Source: Macrostomum hystrix (lineage: Eukaryota > Animalia > Platyhelminthes). Taken from it: a DNA stretch of 64,000 nt. Positions 54,101 through 64,000 of the stretch are shown piece after piece (within the stretch, counting starts at the first letter, position 1; each line of letters opens with the position of its first letter). A model generated the notes under the pieces. The model was not told the DNA's origin. It saw only the letters and a list, made by a program, of their open reading frames with translations, and ran no database searches. The DNA is taken from positions 4,402,001-4,466,000 of the forward strand of contig CATNEN010000039.1 of the NCBI GenBank assembly GCA_950097015.1, written 5' to 3'. The translations under genes and the position numbers were made by a program.

Positions 54101-57100
54101 GATTCCCTGTCTCCTACGGCAACCTGGAGTTCGCTGACTGTCCCGACGCCGCCTGTCATCAGTTCTGCCGCGGCGGCTGCTGGGGACCCGGCCCCGGACT
54201 CTGTGTGGCCTGCGCCAACGCCACAGTTAACGGCGTCTGCTATGCGGAATGCCGACATGTGAGGAGGGCTGCTCCCAGATCTCTGATCCCAGATCTCTGA
54301 TCCCAGATCTCTGATCCCAGATCTCTGATCCCAGATCTCTGATCCCAGATCTCTGATCCCAGATCTCTGATCCCAGATCTCTGATCCCAGATCTCTGATC
54401 CCAGATCTCTGATCCCAGATCTCTGATCCCAGATCTCTGATCCCAGATCTCTGATCCCAGATCTCTGATCCCAGATCTCTGATCCCAGATCTCTGATCCC
54501 AGATCTCTGATCCCAGATCTCTGATCCCAGATCTCTGATCCCAGATCTCTGATCCCAGATCTCTGATCCCAGATCTCTGATCCCAGATCTCTGATCCCAG
54601 ATCTCTGATCCCAGATCTCTGATCCCAGATCTCTGATCCCAGATCTCTGATCCCAGATCTCTGATCCCAGATCTCTGATCCCAGATCTCTGATCCCAGAT
54701 CTCTGATCCCAGATCTCTGATCCCAGATCTCTGATCCCAGATCTCTGATCCCAGATCTCTGATCCCAGATCTCTGATCCCAGATCTCTGATCCCAGATCT
54801 CTGATCCCAGATCTCTGATCCCAGATCTCTGATCCCAGATCTCTGATCCCAGATCTCTGATCCCAGATCTCTGATCCCAGATCCGCATTCCACATGCCTA
54901 TCCTAGATCCCCATTCCACTTTCCACATGCCTATCCTAGATCCCCATTCCACTTTCCACATGCCTATCCTAGATCCCCATTCCACATGCCTATCCTAGAT
55001 CCCCATTCCACATGCCTATCCTAGATCCCCATTCCACTTTCCACATGCCTATCCTAGATCCCCATTCCACTTTCCACATGCCTATCCTAGATCCCCATTC
55101 CACTTTCCACATGCCTATCCTAGATCCCCATTCCACTTTCCACATGCCTATCCTAGATCCCCATTCCACATGCCTATCCTAGATCCCCATTCCACATGCC
55201 TATCCTAGATCCCCATTCCACTTTCCACATGCCTATCCTAGATCCCCATTCCACTTTCCACATGCCTATCCTAGATCCCCATTCCACTTTCCACATGCCT
55301 ATCCTAGATCCCCATTCCACATGCCTATCCTAGATCCCCATTCCACATGCCTATCCTAGATCCCCATTCCACTTTCCACATGCCTATCCTAGATCACCAT
55401 TCCACATGCCTATCCTAGATCCCCATTCCACTTTCCACATGCCTATCCTAGATCCCCATTCCACTTTCCACATGCCTATCCTAGATCCCCATTCCACTTT
55501 CCACATGCCTATCCTAGATCCCCATTCCACTTTCCACATGCCTATCCTAGATCCCCATTCCACTTTCCACATGCCTATCCTAGATCCCCATTCCACTTTC
55601 CACATGCCTATCCTAGATCCCCATTCCACATGCCTATCCTAGATCCCCATTCCACTTTCCACATGCCTATCCTAGATCACCATTCCACATGCCTATCCTA
55701 GATCCCCATTCCACATGCCTACCCTAGATCCCCATTCCACTTTCCACATGCCTATCCTAGATCCCCATTCCACATGCCTATCCTAGATCCCCATTCCACA
55801 TGCCTATCCTAGATCCCCATTCCACATGCCCATCCTAGATCCCCATTCCACATGCCTACCCTAGATCCCCATTCCACATGCCTATCCTAGATCCCCATTC
55901 CACATGCCTATCCTAGATCCCCATTCCACATGCCCATCCTAGATCCCCATTCCACATGCCTACCCTAGATCCCCATTCCACATGCCTATCCTAGATCCCC
56001 ATTCCACATGCCTACCCTAGATCCCCATTCCACATGCCTATCCTAGATCCCCATTCCTGAATCATTTCCCATCCCTATCGCCAGGCCGGTCACTACCGCA
56101 GTCCCGTCGCTGAGGATGCCGGCCGCTGCCTGCCCTGCCACAATGAGTGCGGCGCCTCTGGTGGTTGCTATGGCCCGGGGGCTCACGAGTGCGCCAGCTG
56201 CCGCGCCTATCGGCAGGACGGGGTCTGCGTGGCGGCCTGCGCCGGCCACCTGGAGCCGGACACCTACGGTGTTTGCTACCCGGCATCCGCGGTGCGGCTG
56301 GGCGGCCTGGCTGCCGGCCTGGCGCTGCTGCTGCTGCTGGCGCTGCTGGCCGGCTTGGTCGCCTGGCGCTACTATCAGCGACGAGTGCACAGGTGCGGCC
56401 AAGGCAGCCTTTCTGGGAGAATCGCTAACAGTTTTTTGCTCATTGTACAGTGAACTTTGATCACTTAGCAACCACCCCAAACTCTCAGGTACGACGTAGT
56501 CGATTTGGACGACTATCTCGGCGACACAGGCAGTCCTGGCGACATGTCGCAGCTTCTCATTGTCAACGACGACGATCTGATCAAGCAGAAGGAAATTGGC
56601 AGCGGCGCCTTTGGCACCGTGTACAAGGGAGTCCTGCGCTCGGAGACTGATCGCGGCTACAAGGAGCTGCCTGTGGCGATCAAAGTGCTGCGCGGCAGCA
56701 ACCCCAAGCTGGGCCAGGAGCTGCTCAACGAGGCCAGCGTGTTGGCCAGGTGCGTCTGTAACGCTATGAGATCTTAACCTTCCAGAGCAACAAACATTGG
56801 ATAGCTAGAGTGGAATATTATAACCTGGGTAAACAACACTGTACAGGGATACTTTCATGGCGATTGGATAAATATTTAGGGAGATCCAGAAAAACATTGG
56901 ATACTTGAAATACCCCTTTCTACTTTCAATGAATCTAAAAAGTGTGTAGTTTTTACTCGTTTTAGTGGCAAAGCAGAGTCGCTGATTGGAAACGCTTCAA
57001 GCTTAGCGTTAAACAAAACATAATTTACTCTTTAATTAGGTGACAACGGTGATATCTATGTTGATATCTATATCTATATCTATTGATATCTATATCTATC

Positions 57101-59304
57101 TATATCTATATTTATTCGCTTTCATTTTTATTAGAATCTAAATAAAAGTATTGGGCAAGATTTTCGCAGCCAATGGGAGTAAAGAATTCCACTGTTCTAA
57201 AAATAGCCTAAATTCAACGCAGCCAATGCGAGTAAAGTGTTTCCCTTTCTGAAAATAACGCATGCAAACTCATTTGTACAGAGTAAGATTCTAACCGTTT
57301 TTAGAGTGAAGCACCCGTACTGCATCCGACTAGTAGCTCTGTGCCTAACGCAGGAGGTGCAGCTGGTCACTAATCTGATGCCCCGCGGCTGCCTATTGGA
57401 CTTTCTGCGCGCTCGCCAGAGCGGCGGCATCGGCGCCAGGCGAATGCTAACCTGGGCCCTGCAGGTGGCCGAGGGCATGGCCTATTTGGAGAGCATCAAC
57501 ATTGTGCACCGCGATTTAGCCGCAAGAAATGTGCTGCTGAAAACTGTAGACGAGGTCAAAATCACGGACTTCGGCCTGGCCAAATTGTTGCAGAATAGCG
57601 AGCGCCAGCTGATGTACACATCGGGCGCAATGCCGGTGAAATGGCTCGGCATCGAGTGCTTCGAGTCCGGCGTATTTAGCCACAAGTCGGACGTCTGGAG
57701 CTACGGCGTACTGCTCTGGGAGATCTGCTCCTATGGCGAAGCGCCGTACAAGTGAGCCCACATTTTTGTAGCGTTCTAGAGCTTCGGAATTTTTACCTAG
57801 ACATCCGGAGTTCGAATCTCATCCTTGAGATACTTAATACACATAATTCCCTTTATTAACAGTAAGACTACCTAGCCATTTTGCCGACCGTTTTATACCA
57901 AGGGGTGGACAAATATTTTTTGCTGCTCAATATTTTTTAGCAACGCAAGCACACGAAAGTCAAGAACACAGGCCAAATTTTTGTTGCGCATCTTCTGAAA
58001 CAAGAACTAAGTCGCCAGCCCTTCAGACCATCAAGATTAGCACTTGAATTAGCACTGCGCCTCAGTGCGGCCTTGCCAGGCCTTCAAACTTTATCAGCAC
58101 GTCACCCGTATGTGCCTACATCATCTCCGACTTCGGTGCAGTCACCGACTTTTATCTAGGATTCTAGAATTTATTGAATGTATGATCCGCTCTAATTGAA
58201 CTTATGAATTATCTAGAATTTAGCTAAAATAATTACCAGAGGGGAATTTCCCATTGGCAGTTCTACTGTTAAGTGCTTTAATTCATCCAGCTGTAGAACT
58301 CATCAGTGAGGATGGGGATCTAGGAAACATCTCATAGTCTTCTCAATTTTTTCTCTAGGTAAAAAACCGCATAGCAAAAGAAATCCCATTTTGCCCTGAC
58401 GCGCAGGCCCTACCGGATCTCCTCGGTGGACGACATCTCCGGCCTGTTGCGCAAAGGCGTCCGACTTAGCCAGCCGCCTGTGTGCAGCGTGGACTTCTAC
58501 AACATAATGCTGTCCTGCTGGCTGCCCAATCCGGCTTCTCGGCCTGACTTTGCCGAGCTGGCGGCAAGCATGAAGGACTGCCTGGCCTCGCCTAGCGCCT
58601 ACATCGCCTTCGGGCCCGGCATGGGCGGCGACGCCGAAGACGAAGACGGTGCCGGCGACGCCCTAGACGACCCGGACGCGGTCGTGCACATCCGAGAACG
58701 TCTTGGAACGCCGTCGGCCGTTATCAGCAGTCGGTCGACCAGCGCTTCGGGCAAACTGGCGTCGGTAGACCAGGGCTACACTCCAATGAGCAGCACGATG
58801 GACCCGGATGAGAAGGCCGGCCTCATGACAGCAACGTCCGCGCCTTCAACGAATAACTACGTGAATGATCCACTGCTGTATCAGCAGCAGCAGCAGCAGC
58901 AGCAGCGTCGGACTCGTATGGGCTCCACATCGCCTGTGCGTACTCGTCGGCAACAGCAGCAGCAGCCGCCTCAGAAGCAGCAGCAGCCTCAAAAGCAGCA
59001 GCAGCAGCAGCAAAAGACCCCCAGAGCTCCGGTGCCTCCGCCGATTTACACTCTGCCAATGAGCGAGTCAGACAACGGTTACCTGGAGCCTATCAAATCT
59101 CCGTCTGCAGCCCAGCAACCATCGAGTCCTTCATCTATTCCGGAGGAAGGCGACGACGACTTTGTTGACGACGATTATCTTGTGCCGGGCGACGCCGTTG
59201 GTAGCGGATCCGGACCTGTGCCACTCGACGACGATTATCTTGTTCCGGGCGGTGCCGGACCTGTGCCACTCGACGACGACTACTTGGCGCCGACTAAATG
59301 CTGA
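48194..59304 (+). CDS. EGFR: EGFR/ErbB-family receptor tyrosine kinase, about 1,186 aa
   Basis: Nine GT-AG exons stay in frame: 48194-48520, 50334-50723, 52621-52857, 53277-53653, 53943-54258, 56085-56392, 56489-56749, 57305-57751 and 58407-59304. Encodes a signal peptide, L domain (GCQYLHGDL; LRNLRAIRG), furin-like repeats (CCHSACLGGC; GGCWGPGP), a TM segment, and kinase motifs GSGAFGTVYKG, VAIK, HRDLAARN, KITDFGLAK and SDVWSYGV. Confidence 0.95.
48600..50190. repeat. 16-bp purine-rich minisatellite, EGFR intron 1
   Basis: (gagacagkagagagat)n, roughly 100 copies. Confidence 0.97.
50743..52580. repeat. 23-bp minisatellite, EGFR intron 2
   Basis: (ctagaatctaggacagtttatca)n, roughly 80 copies. 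Confidence 0.98.
52908..53156. repeat. Degenerate repeat of about 37 bp with TCACGTGA core, EGFR intron 3
   Basis: cagtcacgtgattccattccagtctt..., 6-7 copies. Confidence 0.85.
53660..53932. repeat. Degenerate 21-bp repeats, EGFR intron 4
   Basis: cttaatcctttgtttaagatg-type units, then atcccgaatcatgtgatccaa-type units. Confidence 0.75.
54274..54882. repeat. Perfect 14-bp minisatellite, EGFR intron 5
   Basis: (cccagatctctgat)n, about 43 identical copies. Confidence 0.98.
54888..56057. repeat. 26/33-bp minisatellite, EGFR intron 5
   Basis: (ccacatgcctatcctagatccccatt[ccacttt])n, about 40 copies. Confidence 0.98.
57050..57110. repeat. (atatct)n microsatellite, EGFR intron 7
   Basis: gatatctatatctatatc... 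run. Confidence 0.75.
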
Positions 59305-60794
59305 ATTAATTGACTATTACGCGATAAAAAATGAAAACATTGCTTGGGTCTCTTGGATAAAGGGTTGAATTTTGTGCCTAATTTAACAGTTGAGTGCGCT
59401 GTCATTCGTTAGACACTTTGCGCTGGTTCGCAGCCTCGGGACCGCTTTTTACTCGTACTATGACAGAACGGGGAGGAGTGGTTGTAGGATGGCTGTAGGA
59501 GTGGTTTGATAAGCGAGTTTGATAGTTGGAGGAGGGAGGTGGCTAGAGGAGTGGGGTCGCTGGAAGTTTTGAATGGAAAATAATGTACAGCTTGGCGCAA
59601 GTTAAATTTTATCGCTTTATTTTTTATGAGCTAAGTCGGATTGAAACCTTTTTTACTCTGAATTTTATAGCTTTGTTTTTTATGCACCATTGACCTTTTA
59701 AAAAACTCTTACTTATTATTACTGTCCTTATCCACTGTCAAATCAAAATAATTTTAGCGGAAATGAATTCACCAAGCGTATTACCACTGTCGTTGCTAAT
59801 AAAATTTTAATTAGAATGTACTTTTTAAGGCTTTTACGCATATTATTCATATAATTTTGTTTACTTGTTTTGTTATGCAAATTACTCCGAAATTTAGCAT
59901 TCACTTCCAATTTACACAGCGAACTCGTTCTGGCGGTCCACTTCCATCATCCTGTGCTTTTTGTGCGTCATCTTTATCATCGCAGCCACCAGTACAGTTG
60001 AAGCACGCCTCAACTTACGCAACATTTCATCAGCTCATCATTCTCGCTGATCACTATTGACATCAATGGCATCCGTGACATAAAGCGCTTATGCAATAGC
60101 TGCCTGCAGGATCCAATAATCCTTATTATATTCTGAAGAGCTGGGCTATACTAATTAACAATGTTACCAGTATTTACACTATCTAACTTCGACCCTGTAT
60201 ATAAATCAAATATAATAGATAACAACAAATAAAATATAAATGGACTTCTCCTATTGGCTATAAATATTAGTTGCCAAAGCTGACTGACTAAACAGATTTC
60301 TGTAAGAATTTTACAGTCGTGGCCTGAGCGCCTGCCCGATCTAAGAAAGTCGCAGAATTTTGGTTGGTCAGTTGAAAAATAAAAGTACATGCTCCAGGGT
60401 GACCGCCCTGTGACCGCTATAAATGTGTAGTGTTCTTAAGACAAGTGAATTTACTTTAATGCTGAACACCGCGCTTTTGGTGGGGTGGGTCGGACTTTTT
60501 TTGGCCAGGGGGCAGAGAAAGAGAATATTGATTTTTGTGTGCCTGAACTATTTTGTCTATGGCCGAGACTGACTCGTTGACTCGCAGCTGAAAATGCAGG
60601 GTCAGCCGGGGCGCGGCAGTTAGACCGTCCCCTCCCTTTCTCGCTCACTCGCTCGCTATTAACAGTTAGCTGCACCCCCCACTTTTCCTCAACTGAAGCC
60701 GAGAAAGGACAGCAGAGAAGCTAAGCGTAGGCGAAACAGTCATCGGATAGAGATCAGTGTCTAGACAGAACAGGACTGCGCTCCCCTGCCAGAT

Positions 60795-62366
60795 ATGTGG
60801 GAAGACGATGCTTGTGACTTTGGCGGCCAGACCAACGGCGATTCCGGAGACTCCGGACTGGACAGCGCCGGAGCCCTTGACCTGGGCCAGTCGGAGCTCA
60901 TGTACGGCACCTTCATGGACCCGACGGTAGCCTGCAGTAGCGTTGCCTGGGATGGCCGATTTGGCTTGAACCAGCTTCAGCCGCCTCATCATGACAATGA
61001 GTATCAGCAGCACGGAATTCAACAGTTTTCAGCCGGGCTCCGAAGCGACGATCAAGACGATGCAGTCAGGGTTGCAGCCAGCATCGATAACTCAGCAGCT
61101 CTTCACGCCGTCAGGGTCGATGATCCGTCAGAGGAGAGCAAAGTATTCTGGGCACAAGAGGCTGCTTCAGCCACCGCCAGAGCTTCCGCTGCTGCTAATG
61201 CTGCTGCTGTTGCTGATGCAGCAATTAATTCTTCTCGGTCCATGCAACAACATTGTATGCTGCCTTCCGTGCCAGAACTAACGAGCTGGTGGGGCTCGGG
61301 TGCGTCTACACGTCAAGCCGTCAGTAGAGGCGGCAACGGCGACGAAAGAGGCGTCGACGGCGTTGATGACAGCGAAGCTTCAATCGGCACCCACTGGACG
61401 CCAGGCATTGCGAATCACCAGCAGCAGCCGCAGCCGCCGCCATCAACTGAGCCCGTGTCCGAGCGCGAATTCATCATCGTGCGAAAGGCCAAAACCAACG
61501 GCATCAACTGGGACGGGTCACCGGTTACCGATTCCGCAGTGGTGTACGAGTGCCGCATCTGCGGCCGCCAATGCCGCTGGCGTTCTAGCATCAGCGTCCA
61601 CGTGCGAACCCACACTGGGCGCAAGCCTTACCAGTGCCGAGTTTGCCACCACCGCTTCGCTGACAGCAGCACGCGCAAGAAGCACGAGAAGAAGACGCAC
61701 GGCTGCGTCATACCGTGCAACAAGAAGGCCGCGGAAATTGACGGCCAAATGGCTGCCACGGCGACCTCCGTCCTCCAGCAACAGTCGGAACCCAGCCCAA
61801 CCTGTCACCTGTGCTTCGCCATGCTACCAACCCAGTCGGAGCTTACCAAGCACCTGTACGAGTATCACAATCACTTAACGCCGACCGATTTCGGCGCTCC
61901 CTTGGCAGGAGCCGCCGACGAGGTACCGTTGCTTGTCACTCCGTTGAGGCGTCCCGTAGCCAGGCATTCGAGCGAGCCGTCTATCTTCCAGCAGCAGGAA
62001 CTACTCGGCGACGGCGGCTGCGGGCACAGCGTCTGGCCGGAGTTTGACGACGCCTGCAATCAGAATCAGCAGCATTCCCAGATGCAGCACCTTCAGCTCC
62101 AACATCGTCAGCAGCAGCATCAGCAGCAGCGCCTGGTTGGCATTCCGCTGCCCGCTGTGTCGCAGAGCGCAGCTGCTCGCGAAATCGACCAAAACATCGG
62201 CGCGGTTGATCAGCTGCCGGAGCACCAGCAGGACGGGCAGGACCTGCTCTATCCGTACGAGATCGGCTGCCTGGGCCGCGACCTGCATGGCATTGAGAGC
62301 ATCCTGGATGAGGGCCGGCTGACTAGCTACAATCAGCACCTGGAGTTTGACAAGCTGGACTGGTGA
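60795..62366 (+). CDS. Intronless C2H2 zinc-finger protein, 523 aa
   Basis: Two linked fingers YECRICGRQCRWRSSISVHVRTH-TGRKPY-QCRVCHHRFADSSTRKKHEKKTH, plus an isolated finger CHLC...KHLYEYH. Gln- and Ala-rich tracts. Confidence 0.9.
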   Translation: MWEDDACDFGGQTNGDSGDSGLDSAGALDLGQSELMYGTFMDPTVACSSVAWDGRFGLNQLQPPHHDNEYQQHGIQQFSAGLRSDDQDDAVRVAASIDNSAALHAVRVDDPSEESKVFWAQEAASATARASAAANAAAVADAAINSSRSMQQHCMLPSVPELTSWWGSGASTRQAVSRGGNGDERGVDGVDDSEASIGTHWTPGIANHQQQPQPPPSTEPVSEREFIIVRKAKTNGINWDGSPVTDSAVVYECRICGRQCRWRSSISVHVRTHTGRKPYQCRVCHHRFADSSTRKKHEKKTHGCVIPCNKKAAEIDGQMAATATSVLQQQSEPSPTCHLCFAMLPTQSELTKHLYEYHNHLTPTDFGAPLAGAADEVPLLVTPLRRPVARHSSEPSIFQQQELLGDGGCGHSVWPEFDDACNQNQQHSQMQHLQLQHRQQQHQQQRLVGIPLPAVSQSAAAREIDQNIGAVDQLPEHQQDGQDLLYPYEIGCLGRDLHGIESILDEGRLTSYNQHLEFDKLDW

Positions 62367-64000
62367 CTTTGAGCTGAAAAGAATGATTGGCTCACCTGAC
62401 CTGGTTCATCTGATGCCATAAAGTTACACGTGACAAGCACCCACTCGAGTGTCCCCATAACCATTGTTTTGTGTTTTGCCCACATTTTCCTGAAAGGCCT
62501 CCTGTTTTACTATTGAGCAGTTAACTAGCCCGTGCTGCTGATTGTTAGTATATTCAATCTTTTTATAAACAACTGCAAAAGAGTTTAACAGACTTCTAAA
62601 GATACTTCTATTGAGCATAGACAAATTCGCAATAATCTCTTCTGATAAAAATATGTTTCTGTCGTTAATTATAGTAGTACGTTCGTCTGCGCTGTTTAAC
62701 AATTTTGCTAATAAATCATATTCATTAATATAACTACTGGACCTGAAGATTTGCTGTTTGAGTTATGAAATTCTGAATTGCGCTTTAATATTTAGAAAAT
62801 TGCTAATAATATTCTACAGGTTGCTTTAATCGGCCTACAAATACAAATGTAGCACTTCTGTTTGTCTGAGAATGTTGAAAAAAAACCTCAAAACTAAGAA
62901 GTAAATTTTTGTACATATTTGAAGTCATATTCTGCCGTGAATTAATATTGTTTAATTAGGTATATATTTACGTGAGTACAGTCATACAGTCATAGTGTTT
63001 GACCATATGAGTGACTGAATGTTAGTGGTCTCTGTAAGCACATCCGCCCTGTCATGTCATCAGACAGTGTCTGTATGTGCTTTTAGCCCAGGTCGGCTTG
63101 TCCTATAATAATTTAATACCGTCCCCAATTTCCTGTCCTCTCAACTGTTTAACTCCCACTGAGTCCAAGCTTTAAGGCACTCTGCGGCTGACAGAATTGA
63201 AATCCCAGAACCAAATCCCGAATCCCATTCTCAATATTGACACAACTCCGCTTTTGTCTCCGTTTACCAAGGCGCGAACTGGCTTCGCACTGAGGGCGGC
63301 TGCTTACCTGCCCTCATGCACCTCTTCTCCTGTCCCGTTGAGTCAGTATAGGCTCATGCACTCCGTATGAGTGTACTCAAGAGCAGCCCAGAGCACTCCC
63401 GGCTGCAGCATATGGAGTAGAGCTGAGTACAGTCTTTGCCTTTCTATTTGCTCTTCTTTTTCTAAACTCATCGTGCCATTTTTCTCTGGTGGGACTTTTA
63501 GGCAATGGGTAGCAAATTGTTGGGTAGGGAAAGCAAGGGCAGCTCAGATTTTCTCTCCCTCCCTGTATATCTCTGATCCCCGCCAAGCCAACCGTTGTTT
63601 GGTTGTCATGGGCGACAGCAGCGACTGGGGCGTTTACAACCTGTCCCTGCGCACGCGAGCTGGCGGGGACGACGGGGCGAAGAAGGGATTTGAGGAGCCG
63701 GGCTATGCGGGGAAGAAAACTAGGTTGGGTAATTGTCCCTACGCCCGTCTCTCCCTCTGAAGCCGGTTCTCTCGCCCGCAACTCCCCAGCCCATATATCG
63801 CCTGCTCCCTCAGAGCTCTTCCCAAGCTCCAAGCTAATTCCCTAAATTGCGATCTGGCCGAGAACCAAGTTCGGGTACGTGTCACCGAGATTATCCCACA
63901 TTACTGCCCCTTTGTTCCTATTTGTCATAGAATTTTTTAGATCACCTCTCCAAACCCGCTAGAAAAACTAAATTCAGAGGTGAGTTTAGCTGCTCGAGTT

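Noticed and set aside
48582-55642. Repetitive ORFs (556-aa LSHLS, RSGIRDLGSEIWDQ, MEWGSRIG)
   Set aside because: Stop-free translations of intronic minisatellites.
63170-63850. Coding-like minus-strand segment (ORF 63377-63832 and a stop-interrupted parallel frame)
   Set aside because: No recognisable motif. It may be a decayed element continuing past the window edge, but I cannot assign it without a search.

Overview
Eukaryotic, intron-containing genomic DNA from an invertebrate. A free-living flatworm such as Macrostomum is my guess from the gene and repeat style, and is not verified. There are five host genes. (1) A giant secreted mucin-like gene on the minus strand (23360->5272, five exons, about 5,910 aa). 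It is built from four tandem modules, each a three-finger/Ly6-like Cys domain, a second Cys domain and a Thr/Ala stalk. Each module is split by a near-identical 89-nt phase-0 intron, and a single in-frame TGA interrupts what looks like a C-terminal GPI-anchor signal. (2) NUDT21/CFIm25. (3) An intronless rhodopsin-like GPCR. (4) A nine-exon EGFR-family receptor tyrosine kinase. (5) An intronless C2H2 zinc-finger gene. The largest introns of NUDT21 and EGFR are each filled by a different minisatellite. The rest is a dense set of transposon remnants: a Crypton tyrosine recombinase, several Tc1/IS630-like elements, a hAT element with an intragenic VNTR, a hAT MITE, Helitrons, a foldback/MULE-like element and an RT fragment. 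Two tiny TSD-flanked hairpins look like P-element excision footprints. All coordinates and alignments were read by eye; no database searches were run.
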